From assembly GCA_009103225.1 (NCBI GenBank), contig RHPI01003369.1, positions 146,911 to 210,910 of the forward strand: a stretch of 64,000 nucleotides of DNA. The letters are read 5' to 3'. The notes below the pieces were generated by a model, which had not been told where the DNA came from, ran no database searches, and worked only from the letters and a program-made list of their open reading frames with translations. Of the stretch, positions 26,585 to 38,900 are shown in pieces; the stretch's first letter is position 1, and each line of letters begins with the position of its first letter. The DNA comes from Chlorokybus atmophyticus (Eukaryota > Plantae > Mesostigma and Chlorokybus algae). A program made the translations under genes and the position numbers.

Positions 26585-27111
26585 TGTGGTGCTTGTTAAT
26601 AACTGAGTATGCTAAAGAGCATATTCAGCCGTTTATGAGCATTAACACAGCCTCTCATAGTAGCGATTTTGCTACTGTGGCTTAGTCGGTTAAAGCCAGG
26701 TTCCACAATGCTATCGGACCTAAAAGGTCTCATGTCCCACCGGGCGCAAAAAGTTGCGCGCGAGTGGGTAGAACGAGACCGTGGTTAGAACGATCCAAGG
26801 CCGAATTAAGACCGGGTACGGCTGACTGAGTCGGCGCGCAGAGTCGCTCCTGCGCGTGACAATGTGGCAAGTCGACGCGGATAACTATGCGGCATGACCG
26901 GCTAGAGGCAGGTTATGACCGGACGTGAGTCAGCCCTGTCAGTTTGTGCATCGCTGTTCAGGTAGTTCATGGTTAAAGCCGGGTTGAATGTGGTGCTTGT
27001 TAGTAACTGAGTAAGCTAGAGAGCATACTCAGCCGTTTATAAGCATTAACACAGCCTCTCATAGTAGCGATTTTGCTACTGTGGCTTAGTCGGTTAAAGC
27101 CAGGTTCCACA
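26585..27111 (+). mobile_element. TRIM (miniature non-autonomous LTR retrotransposon), family 1, Helenus-like
   Basis: 123-bp LTRs (26585-26707, 26989-27111; 5 mismatches) with TG...CA ends, a 5-bp TSD TTGAC (26580-26584, 27112-27116), a 281-bp non-coding interior and a PBS-like tgctatcggacc 1 nt after the 5' LTR. Confidence 0.9.
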
Positions 27112-27869
27112 TTGACTGGGGGTTGGGATATGATGAGTGGCTAGCTTCAGGCCTCAGGCACACCACACCAACCTGGGTGTGGAGTCTCCACAGCCACCCC
27201 CAGCTGGGAAGCTCGTCGTCCTCTTCCGGGTGGCACCATCAACCACTGCAGCTCGCCATGCTCCTTGCTAGGGCGGATGGCTGCGCACAGGGCTGCTGTC
27301 TGCGGTAACAGCACCCGCCTTGCTGCTCATGCCGTTGTTGCAGGAGTAGCTGGGGAAGCTGCTACCACCTCTGCTTCTTCAGTGCTTCGCGTTCATTGTG
27401 CAATTTCCAGTGCTTTGGACTTGGTTGTTGCCATGCATGCTGAATCTACACTTGATCTCCCGCATGCAGCTGGTCAGAGACGGGTACATTGCAGCTGCCC
27501 TGCATGCATGCACCACCAGTTTTCTGAATTCGGACTGCACTGTGTGCATGCTTGCTCGTGCCTGTGATTACCCGCATGCAGCTGAACAGACAGGAACCTT
27601 GAAACTGCAATGCAGGCATGCGTGCACTCGTGGTTTATGCCAACCCACACTGTACTCGTTCCATCACGCATGGCGTGTAGAAAGACCCGCTTGGCCCTCT
27701 TCGTCCTCCTCTTGCTTCTTCTTGTGCCTGTTGGGTTTTCTGCTTTTCCTTCAGCTTCATTGGTCGTCATCGTTTGCTTCTGCACTTCCTTCTTCTATCA
27801 TTGCAGCGGTTCGTGTTAGCATCTGTTCAAGAGACGGTGGTGATGTACACACCACTCTCTCTATCGTTG

Positions 27870-29380
27870 CAGAAGCACAAGCAGGCGCAGCCAGTGGTGG
27901 CGACATTCCTGCAGGGACTGCTGGACGAGCATAATCAAGAGCTGTCTGAGGCTCTGGGGGGGCTGGACCTGGTAAAAGGGGAAGGTAAGTGGAGTAGGGG
28001 GATGCACTCGCACACAACACAGCATCCACACACGCAAGTGTGGAAGACAAGCTGTGTCACCCTGGAAATCTGTGAGCGCCTGTGCTCGTGACGCAGTGTT
28101 GCTGCTTGCGCAGCGCTTTCTCGCTCGATGACGCATGGTTGGCAGAACGCTGACACTGCTGCCTTGGTTGGTCAGATTAACAACACGGCCGAAGCCTCTT
28201 GCTCTGTACGTGTTGTCCCAGCACAAGGCTGTCCGAGACGCTTGTATGTGTGCGTGTGTGCGCGCGCGTGTCACAATGGGTATTTGGCGTGTGCGTGTCC
28301 GTGTACACTCGCAATATGTGTGTCTCAGTGTTCGCGACATGGGTGTGCGTGTGCGTGCGTGTGCGTGTGTGCGTGTGCGTGTGATATGGGTATTTAGAGT
28401 GTGTCCGTGGACACTTGCAGTGTGTGTGTCCCAATGTTTTAGTTATGCATGCACGCGCTGATGTGTTACTGCATTGGACTGCTAAGCGCATGTGTGTGCA
28501 TCTGCCCGCAGCTCCTGGAGGACACCTCCTGCTACAGCTCTGGCGAGGTGGCGGGCTCGCTTCTGAGCCAGTGTACGAGTACGTGAGCAAGCATTGGTGG
28601 TCTCCTTTGTTGGGGTGACCTCGCAACCTGTAGGCATTGGCGTGGAATTCAACTCAACGGTTGTTGCGGCAGCTACACATGGTATGCACACATGTACGCG
28701 CAACTTGTTTCGCTGACATGCGCGTATGCATGTGACCCCTGTGTGCTTTACACAGGCTTGCCGCTGATGCCGCCGGAGTGGGTTGTTGGATACCATTAGT
28801 GCCGACGGTCATACAACGGACACAAGTGTTGGACTGAGCAGCGAGCAGGAACTGCCATTCGAAGGTCACAAGTGTATGTTTCCTGTTGGTTGTCCTCTCG
28901 ACGATCACAAGTAGAGAGACAATGAACATCACCTTCTCTCCAAGTACGAGGCCAAAACGGTGTCGTCCTCGCTGAGTCCCCAAAAGCAAAACTGTAGTAA
29001 AAGTCAAATATGAGATCGCCGCATGAAGCAAGCGAGGGGGAGCGACAAGTACAAGCCGCTCAGAGACGTGGACATGAAGACGAGGGTACTCAAAAACATG
29101 TGGTATGCTTGTGTCGTCACGTGTACGTGTGCATTCCGTCACGTATGCGCAGGTGCAGGTGCATGTATATGCATGCATTTTATGCACGCACGCAGGCATG
29201 TACGCATGCACACAGTGCACATCGCTGTGTACGATGTACACGTGCGCGCTACCATGTGCAGGTCACGCCATTTGCGGGCGGACGGCTGTGTAGCATGGTG
29301 TGGGGCCCCAACGATGTGGGAGCTGTTGAGTTCCAACTGGTATGATGACGGGTACGAGGAGTACAGCACGCGCGTACATG
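27870..29380 (+). pseudogene. Possible decayed multi-exon gene of unknown family
   Basis: Exon-like blocks with GT/AG borders (KHKQAQPVVATFLQGLLDEHNQELSEALGG; AVLLLAQRFLAR*RMVGRTL; KYKPLRDVDMKTRVLKNMW|SRHLRADG...NWYDDGYEEY) separated by CA-rich introns. One block has an in-frame TGA. Confidence 0.3.
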
Positions 29381-29699
29381 CATGCGTATTGTGGCACTTT
29401 ACCCCTTGGAACAATTGGATCGGACACAATCAAACGCAATAGCGTGCTACCCGCATACCCATTTGTGTCTGTCATGTGCAATGCTGCAGCATATACTATG
29501 CTACGACTAGTACTATATTATCTCAACCCATCGCATGCATCTCTATGCTGCAACATGAGCTACTTGACTGAGTGTGAACCCAACAGTAGTCAACTCAGTG
29601 TTGAAGGGTATTCCCGCTACTCTGTCGCCGCTGTGCTCATCTCAACTCCTGTTGTTGTGCGAGGTTGTCGTTGCTGCTGCTTGGCAGTTGTGGTTGATG

Positions 29700-32330
29700 A
29701 GATGAGTGATGCGCAGTTGATACACACATACGGGTTTAGTATCGAGTTTCACGGTGGAGGCGAATTGTTGCAGCAGCGCCAACTGAAACGGATCCTGCGT
29801 GTGCATCACACAACCACGCATGTTGGTCAGTGAGTGGTTTATGTATAGAATGAGTCCGCATTCGATTCCTTACTTAACATTGCGTGCGCGCACATTTGCA
29901 TTGATGCACGTACATGAGTGCACACGTGTGCACCTGGCCAACGGAGTTCGTGTTGGCTGTGCTGTGTGCGCGCGCGTGAAAGGTTGGTCTTCATGTTGTT
30001 GCCCGCAGTCAAGTTGTGCGCAATGTTAGCAGAGGGTTTGAACGACGGATGCTCCATAACCTTTTCTAACCACCCTGTGCGTATAGTGCTCCCACGCCTG
30101 CACGCATAAGGACATGCGGCTGTGCATGCGCTGGCCACCTCTGTAACAACACATGGACAAATGAAACAAATGCACGACTACATGCATACAAACACAAACA
30201 TACACTGACGCGCTGGCATGTATGTAGCAGCGTATGCACGCGCAAACGCACACACGCACGCATGTACACACGTTGGCGCACCTTCGTGTATAGGAGTCGA
30301 CCATGCGGTTGGGCGCATTCACGTCTTTGTGCAGCGCCTTGGTATCCGTCATGCACGCCGCCATGATGTCTACATACTCACACGATCTGTACTATTCTGC
30401 ATACACACACAACAGACATGTGTTATGAGCGCGCAGAGCTGTGGGTCGTGAACACAGTCACACAGTCACGCACCTTTCAAATGGAGCTCTTGGCTCAACT
30501 CGTCGCCCGCCACCACCAGCACCTCCTCCTCATGTGGACCAAAACAGCCCGCTGTTCCCCGCAAGATCTTTTGCCACCTACAACACATGCGTGTGTGCAC
30601 ATGTGCGTAGATGCGCACACGCACACGCACTCTTTCCCCTTCACCTTGCCGTCCATGAGCACCTGTATGTACTGCAGCATACTATCCGGCACGCGCGAGC
30701 AGTTCACCATGCGCGTCCACAGATGCAGCGACATCGCCATCGCCATGGTTGTGCGCGCACGCAGGTGGTATGTTTATTGTTACGTGCGCATATATCACCA
30801 AGAAGAGAACACACGTGCACGCACGCTCGCGTAAGCTTATGAAATTGTTGTGATGGTAACGTGGTTATCGTGAGTTGGTGGTCGTTGATTTATAGACAGT
30901 CATACATTGTTGTCACATGTAATTCATTTGTTGATACTGGTCACACACCAACGTGACTTCAGCTTCGCGAATGTCTAGCCAACATCTACCTGCAATACCA
31001 CTGTGTTGCACACACTTTTAGCCCGGGTTGGCCCCTCACCTCACCAACTCTCGCCCCAAGCAACAGCAAGAGAGTTGAGGTTAATGTAAATGTCATGTTG
31101 GTAACAAAGAATTGGAGCAGCTCCTGATGGGTGATGGATGAGACAGGACACACTCATTTCGCAATATGTACTCACAACGTCAAACGGTTACATCTCTCAA
31201 CAGCACACAAACTTGGAGCATACAGCATATGCGCTGCATGACGGAGCTGTGTGCGCGCATCAGTACACACGCGCTTGTGTACGTGCATGCGTGCGTGCAT
31301 GCGTGCTTTGCAGCCCATGAGCTTGATGACGCGCATGACCATGACCATAACGTTGACGTTGGCAGCGCATACCACAAGAACGAACCACCAAATCATGTCA
31401 TCTTTCAGTGCTCACAATGACGCTGCCATAGCACAGTGTATACCGTCATGTGCAGGTGGACACTCGTATGTGTCAGATACATGTGTGTATACTACGCTTG
31501 GGTGAATGTGCATGCATTAGAATGCGTACATATGCGTCAATGAAAGCAATATGCAAGCAAGTGATGCACATGCACAGGTCTTCGGGATGTAAGGTGACTA
31601 TGGCATACACACGCTCCTACAGGCCAGTACAACCACTTGCGCGTGCAGATTGCGTACTGTTGTCAGGGTGCATGTGTTTTGTCAATGGTGGCTATGAAGG
31701 AACAAGCGCATGTACACGTGCGTGTGGGTGCATGCGTGTGCGCGTGTGCGCGTGCATGCGTGCGTGCCAGGGAGGGACAAGTCAAGTTCAATCGTTTGAG
31801 CAACACTCAATGGCAACGACAACCGCAACCGCAACCACAACATTGACAACGATGACGTCGACAACAACAATGTCGAGCACCATGATGACATCCTCTCACG
31901 CACATGGTGAAGCGCACTCGCACGTTGGTGAAGAGGCTGTTGTTGTAGGTGTTGATGATGTCCGTGGATGCAAGCAGAAGAGACATGAAGTACTGACATC
32001 AAGCACGAGCATCAACACAAGTACAAACGAAGTACTTGGCAGGCACGCATTAAAGAAAGACCGGGGAAGCCAGGCATATTGGCCACGTGTGAGCGATGCA
32101 ATGTGCAATGAAGCCCCTGTACACATGCGCTTGTGTGAGAGTGGTGGATGTGTGGGGGAGAGGAGTGTGCGAGCGTCTGTCCGGGAGAGCGGTTCGACGA
32201 ACCTGTGGAGTGTGGGGGATGCAGATGTGTGGGTGTTACAACTTATGCGTGGTAGGTTGGTATCGCGTTCGATCAGCCTGTGGCATTGTATGCGTCTCAT
32301 CGTTCAGGGTGTCTATGGAGCCTTGTGAGA

Positions 32331-32399
<69 letters not shown>

Positions 32400-33180
32400 T
32401 TGACACTGGTGCGTGCTTGTGCATGTACATAGCTACGTGTGCAAACACAACGCCGCATGTATGCTTGCTGCCGTTGCACACTTACAGCTACACACAACAC
32501 GACAGGGTCACCCCCTTCTTGTGGAAACCGACTGTCCGGCACTACTTGCTAGGCATAGCATCCGGCGGGAACACACATGTGCACCTGCTTCCTATGGCCG
32601 TGTTGGAATACGTCGGCAATGCGATGGACAAGCTGGCTGCCTGTAGATGCAACAATTAGAGTTGGAACACAGGCAGATAAGGCCTTACGCGTTGCTTCTG
32701 ACACTGACACGCATACGCACGCATGCATACACACAACCCAGCTGCCAGCAGACACGAAACACACACATCATTACAGGTATGTGCAAGCAGACATGCAATA
32801 GCAGCAACTCGTACCGGTGTTGTGCATGAAGGTCTCATCGTTGTAACACGCCTTGGTGTTGTTTTCCTACTGATGTTCAAGTCCTTGCCGTTTTCCAAGG
32901 AGGGTTGCGTGTGAAAGTCGTCCATCAATTGTTTTTGATAGTACGTGTCCTCCAAACTGGGCTCCCGCGCCATTGAGAGCCCCGACGCATGACACATTTG
33001 ACAGCGACAATCACGATGACAACCTTTCCGTATAAACACACCTGCACGAGGCACCGCGCAAGGCGCTGGTGCCAGGACCCACGTACAGCTCGCTGAGCAC
33101 AAGTCTCCCCCAGTCCGCATCGCCCAGGAACATCTCGGTGCTCGCAAACAGAACATTTCGGATGTTTGGAACACCTGCGC
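29700..33180 (-). pseudogene. Multi-exon gene or pseudogene of unknown family
   Basis: Exon-like blocks with splice signals: GVPNIRNVLFASTEMFLGDADWGRLVLSELYVGPG; DIINTYNNSLFTNVRVRFT; AMSLHLWTRMVNCSRVPDSMLQYIQ; VAKDLAGNSGLFWST*GGG (TGA 30530-30532); DIMAACMTDTKALHKDVNAPNRMVDSYTR; DPFQLALLQQFASTVKLDTKP. The full model was not resolved. Confidence 0.4.
32335..32396. repeat. (CT)n microsatellite
   Basis: Near-perfect CT run. Confidence 0.95.
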
Positions 33181-33226
33181 ATGCACTTGACGCAAGGGAA
33201 ACTGCGTGGCACAAGTATACGCAGCA

Positions 33227-33263
<37 letters not shown>

Positions 33264-34858
33264 CGCGCGCGTGTAAGATAGCAGGAGTTAAGAGGCAAGT
33301 GACCATACGCAGGAGTCTGAGCATACTCTAACCAGCAATCGGTGAGGTTGAGCCCCGGACCGCAGCCGCCTTCGTGGGCATATCTTCCTGCATCAACAAC
33401 AACATGCTCAACTCAACGCAACAGAGCCTATGTCGCGTTCCAGCGATGCTCATTTACGGTGCAGTGAGTGCATGAAGCACAATGGTCAATGACATTTGCC
33501 AGCTGTCCCGGGAGAGGGTGGGTGAGTGAGTGGGTAGGTGAGTGACAAGTTTTTGCTTGACGAACATACGACAAGACGGTGTCTTGCATTACTCGCGTGT
33601 GTTGGTCAACACACAGGCATGTGCGCACTTACTTGTGAGTGAGAAACATATCGACCCACGGTACGCTGCTCACTGTGCTGGTCAACCTGCGAGCAGTTGT
33701 GGGCATTGTGTACGCCCTCTCCTCACCACCGCAAAACAACAACAGCACGATGCCGGTACCAATCTATGAGGTCGGTGGAGGAGGCAAAGGTGGAGCGCCA
33801 AGTTGTCCTTGCCACTTAGTATTACTGCGCTCATGCACCTGCTTATCGGGAAACGCTGCACCCGGGTGCCCTGCCTTTGTGCATGTGCCTATGACCTATG
33901 TATGTGAGGGGCCACGCGGTGGCGGTACCCACTAACGTGCCAGCAGCACGCCAACGCCGTCGACGCAACAGCAATCATGCATCGACGCGCACACTGTCCG
34001 TCGACAGCAGTACCACAAGCAACTCTTATAAAAAAACAAGCTTATGGTTCTTACGATTGACACAAGTTCGTTGCTTACAACCAGGGTCGCCTGCAACAGC
34101 CTACAACTGGGTATAAGGATTTGTTACGTACATGTACGTGGCCGTACATGTCCCGCTGCCTGTCAGTACTACCTCTCTCCTCCAGGCGGCGGCGGTGGCC
34201 TAGGAGGAGGAGGAGAGACAGAGAAGGTGGCTAGTGGCTGTGTGATCGTGTGTGTGACGTGACAGGTCAGGTCAGGCAAAGACTTGACAAGCTTAGATGC
34301 TGCTGATTGCACACGAGTAAAGTCTCTCTCTCTCTCCCCCTCTCTCTCTCTCTCTCTCTGTGTTTGATGTGGCCACATGGCGCAATGGTGCCAATGCCAT
34401 GCACTCGTCCCACGTGTTAACGCATCAAGCTACTGCCTGTATATGGCGGTTGTTGTTCCTTCATTGCCAGCAAGGTTTGAATGCAATCCAGGTAACCCGT
34501 GGCCGTGCGTGCTGTATGGAAGGTTGATGTACTTGGTGGTGTGTGGTTGTTCATGCTAGTGTATTGTTTTAACTTCTGGGGTTGCCATGTGCAATCTTAG
34601 CAATATAGCACGATAATGACGTTCAACATGCACTTCACAACATGAAACGTGTGTGTAGCAGGCCCCCTTTTGCTTTCTTATTCTTCCAGTCTCACGTCTA
34701 ACCAATTAAGCCGTTTAAGGAGCATACGCATGTACCACATGTGCAGCACAATGTGGCACATGATCAGCCTACCTACTGCCTCACAACGCCTGCACACATT
34801 TGCAGCTCAAGTACAAATGCACACCCTGCAACCTAGCATGTTGGCCTTTGACATCGCG

Positions 34859-34898
<40 letters not shown>

Positions 34899-34919
34899 CC
34901 ACATCCCTCCCAAGCCAAG

Positions 34920-35973
34920 ATGACCAGCGACACCACCCCTTTCACCATGTCGGCCGCGGGCGATCGCGATCTGGTGGGGACCCGCCTGTTCGACGCGCCG
35001 CGGGAGCGCGTGTGGGAGGCGTTCACCACGCCGACCATCGTCAGCAAGTGGCTGCTCGGGCCGCCAGGATGGTGCGTGTGTGTGCATGTAAAATGTACAC
35101 AGAGAGAGTGAGAGTAGTGTTACCTACTCCAAGTGAGTGATATGTGTGCATTAGGAAGGGAGAGAGCATTCTGAGTTGGTTAAGGTGTTTATGTATGACT
35201 CACAAGCAGCCTCTCTCAATCCAGCAGACGAATACTGCACACATTGCTTCCCGAAGCAGTTGCACGCTACTCCTGCTATGCCTGCAATTTGCTTATCTAT
35301 CTGAGTCACTGTGTAATCATCTATCCACCCTGCAATCTACACATGTGCGTTGCGCAAATGGCTGTCGTCCTGGTAACGCAAAGGTTCACAATCCACTTCA
35401 GCTGTGCTTGCACATGTCTTACACACATGCAGGTCCATGCCAGTGTGTGAGATGGACGTGAAACCAGGCGGCCAGTACCGTTACATGTGGCACAACGATG
35501 AGGGCAAGGCAAAGGACTTCGGCATGTCGGGCATGTTTCGGGAGGTATGTGTGTTGTTGATTTGTGCATGCTCATAATGATATATGCCAACACACTGGTT
35601 GAGGCTTTGGGCTTTTCAACAATACCAATGCAAAGGACTCAAACGCACTCAAGCACACGCAAGCACAACTCCAGCATATGCAAGCACAAGAGCACATATC
35701 AATCTATTTGCCAACATGTAGGTTGTTCGCCCGGAGCGCATCGTGCAATTCGAGAGCCAGACAATGGAGGACACCCCACACGATGAGACCCCACAAGACT
35801 GTTTCACCACATCTGAGTTTGCGTCCCAAGGCGACGGCAATGACAAGACTCTCTTCACGATCCGGATCGTGTGTCGTTCCCGGGAGGCGCGTGACGGCAT
35901 GCGCGCCACGAGGATGGAATGGGGGATGAATCAAAGCTACAACCGCCTGGCCGAGCTGCTGGCTGCAGCTTAA
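34920..35973 (+). CDS. SRPBCC/Aha1-like (CalC-type) protein, 171 aa, bacterial-like
   Basis: Exons 34920-35071, 35433-35544 and 35722-35973 join in frame: MTSDTTPFTMSAAGDRDLVGTRLFDAPRERVWEAFTTPTIVSKWLLGPPGWSMPVCEMDVKPGGQYRYMW...GMSGMFREVVRPERIV...SREARDGMRATRMEWGMNQSYNRLAELLAAA*. Confidence 0.9.
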
Positions 35974-36054
35974 GGGATGTTGTTACACATTATGAGGTAA
36001 CTACACACCATTTTTGTAAGACTGTGGGGTAGGTTGTATGTGTATCATAGGCAT

Positions 36055-38900
36055 GTCCTTGCATGCCCAATTTTGTATAGCAAGCAGAGCCTGCCACCTA
36101 GACTTAGGTTTCAGGGTACCTCCTGTATGTGAACATGTGATTGTACATACTTACCGATACGAGTCACTCTCGCGCTTTTGTATGACTGTAGATTGTGTGG
36201 TGCATATATGTCTGTGGAACCTATCTTTGTGTACTTGAGCACTCCATACACTTGGAGCGTAGTCATGGCATGGAAATGCAAGCACACTTTCTCCCAGCAG
36301 TACCACCAACAGAGAGACTAACAGACCCGTGAACAAACTTCTCACTCTGCGCCAGGAGGTGTGCAGCTTGCAATAAGCCCAACACCCCCCCACCCAACAG
36401 GCTGACAGTGCCCTCGCATACACGCTCAGCCTGCAAGTGGAGGACTTTACGCCCAGATGTTCACGCATGCAAGCAGCCAGCTAGCATGTGCGTTCATTAA
36501 GGACTTAAGATGTGCATGCATTGATAAGTTGAATTCATATAAGCCGTCCACTGCTACTACAACACCTGCTTTCTACGACGTCAGGTAGTCAACGCCCTCT
36601 GTCCAGCTTGTTCGGTCCATCTTATACAAAAGCTGTCTTGTCACCTGCTGACGGTGCACCAAAGGGGCACATTTAAACAGAGTTCATTGGGGTAGCCTGA
36701 ATGCTGTCCCGTCCATTATGACTTGGTCCAACTGCCAAGTGATGGGCTGCTTTCTGCAAGTTTAACAAACACATCAACACCTTACCACCGGGCACGCGGC
36801 TCATATGCTATTGCCTGCATGCCTGCATGCAATCGACGCCTGTATGCTTGCAGGCAAGTGGCATGTGTTTCATGCAACAGCCTTGCAATCTCACACAACA
36901 GGTGGGGCGACACGACAACATAGGGAGCATCTTCTGTTGCTAGTGAGTGCATGCTTCTGTGTGTGCAGAACTGCTTATGCGCAAGCATGTGGATGTTGTG
37001 TTGTAGTGTATTATAAGCTACATGCAACATGTCATCGCCTTGCAAGCAAAATGATACCTGTGGCTGCAGCAAGAGGGGAGGCACAGGGCAGCTGAGGCAG
37101 CCTCGACCACTGCTGTAAGGAGGAGAGTAGCCAACCCAGCAGTTGAAAATGTTGCCAATCAGCAGCATTACTCAATGAGGTAATATCAACTGCAGCACAG
37201 TTTCAAAAAGAGTGCACATCATCATAGGTAACACAGCGATTGTGACTCCTACAGCAAGTCAAGTGCGAAGAACATGTTGTAAACGGCTGTACACAGAGTC
37301 ACGCTGTCGCACTTCAAGCGTGGCGCTTGCGCGTATGCCTAATTTGCCATTACAACTACTGTGCAATACGCTTTACGCAAACAATATACTACAGAACTGG
37401 GGGATCATGCACGAGTCTGCTATTTCCAACACTTGAACTCTGGGCCCAGGGCGTCGTTGCGGCTCTTGCCTCCCTCCACTTTCTTCAACTGCAAAGCATC
37501 AAGTAATCTAAGCATGAACCATCTCAATGATGATGAATGTGTATGGTGTTTTGCGTCTACACACCTCGGGTACTTCTCCATAACATGGAAGGGGTAGAAA
37601 GATAGCCACATGCGCGTACTCATCATCACCAATCTCCACCTTCACCATGTAATTTGTTCCTTGAACAAGCTGCAAAACGCCACGTGTTTTCTTTCGCCTT
37701 TTATCTAACCTGTGGTGAGCACAATACATACGCCTGCAAAGACATGGTCGGCACTATGCCAAGCACATCCAATAGTGCAAAACACCAAGACAATGTCACA
37801 ATGAAAAGGTGCTTCATGGATACACCGCAGGTGTTATTGGCAAGCAAAGTACCGCAGACTTGGGCCTCACCTAGTTGTGAACGTGTGTCTAACTGCCTTG
37901 CACGCGTGCTTTCATTTGATGCGGCTGCGATTGTTTACCACCCGACGCATTGACTGTGATGTGAATTGACAGCCTAGGTACAACTCTCAGAAATCTTTAG
38001 CAGAAGCAGCATTGTTATACTTGTTCCCTGTAGCTCAACGGATGCCATTTCTAACAAGTTGTCCACAGAACCGTTCAAAGCATTCTCAGCTTCCCCTTTC
38101 ACCGGCAATTGTGGCAAGAGAGCAAGAATGAGCAAATGCATGAGCAATGCACCAGCCTTTCTGCTTACAAGCTGACTGGACACTTGACTGGCAGCTGGAA
38201 CGCTATGGATATGAGGCATAAATGTTGACATGACCAAAATGACTTGCAGAGCAGAAGCACTCCCAACCCCACAAACAATGCGTACCGACAAAAAATTGGG
38301 TTTTATGTAGCCAGCTAGTTCAGTATGAATACAGACCCATTGGGTGCAACCCCAAGCTGGCAACTTGTCAATACAATGGAGAGACCTTAGTACCAGGCAA
38401 TGCTACTCACTTGTCAGACGCAAACCTTGTTATGGCAGCTGAAGCCAGGCCACACTAACCTGCTCAACAAGCTTCTGGAAGTCCGCGGTGACAGGCTCCT
38501 CGTTGGTGAAGCCGCCCACCCAATCTAGAGGCTTCTCTTCGGTGCAGCCGCGCATGAGAGGCATGGCGGCAGCGGCGCCGAGGAGGAGGACGACACAGAG
38601 CACGACGGAAGCGCTGAAGAGCAGCACTCTGCTCTTCATTGGCCCAACCTCACCGCCGCCGCCGCCGCTTCCACGCATGTCCATGTTAACCGATCGACAG
38701 CCAGCAAGAGGTTTGCCAATTGGGTGTGTGCGTCGCAAGACAGGGCTCCGCTTGCTCAGCCTGGGTACCGGTATTGTGGCTGTCTCAGCCCACCCGGAGG
38801 GCTGATCGTTGCTATTGCCCACTCCACCATTGAGTCATTGGCAACTTGCCATTGAATGGCTTGTTAAGGACCAGGCGTGCTCAGCGTGCTGTGCCAACCA
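36055..38900. repeat. Copy A of an approximately 2.8-kb diverged segmental duplication carrying a stefin gene (copy B about 44211-46900)
   Basis: Shared non-coding anchors (tccttgcatgcccaat...gtatagcaagcagagcctgccacc at 36056 and 44212; acttgagcactccataca; similar 3' flanks) plus homologous exons in the same order. Confidence 0.8.
37420..38678 (-). pseudogene. Stefin-type cystatin paralogue A (pseudogene or acceptor-shifted variant)
   Basis: Exon 1 38678-38460 (signal peptide + ...KLVEQ). Exon 2 has a lost acceptor (CAG to CCG near 38103) and a 10-nt insertion at 38049-38058. Exon 3 37669-37565 LVQGTNYMVKVEIGDDEYAHVAIFLPLP. Exon 4 37488-37420. Confidence 0.8.

Noticed and set aside
26680-26745. 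tRNA gene
   Set aside because: Only a D-arm-like half inside an LTR with no complete cloverleaf. Treated as part of the TRIM.
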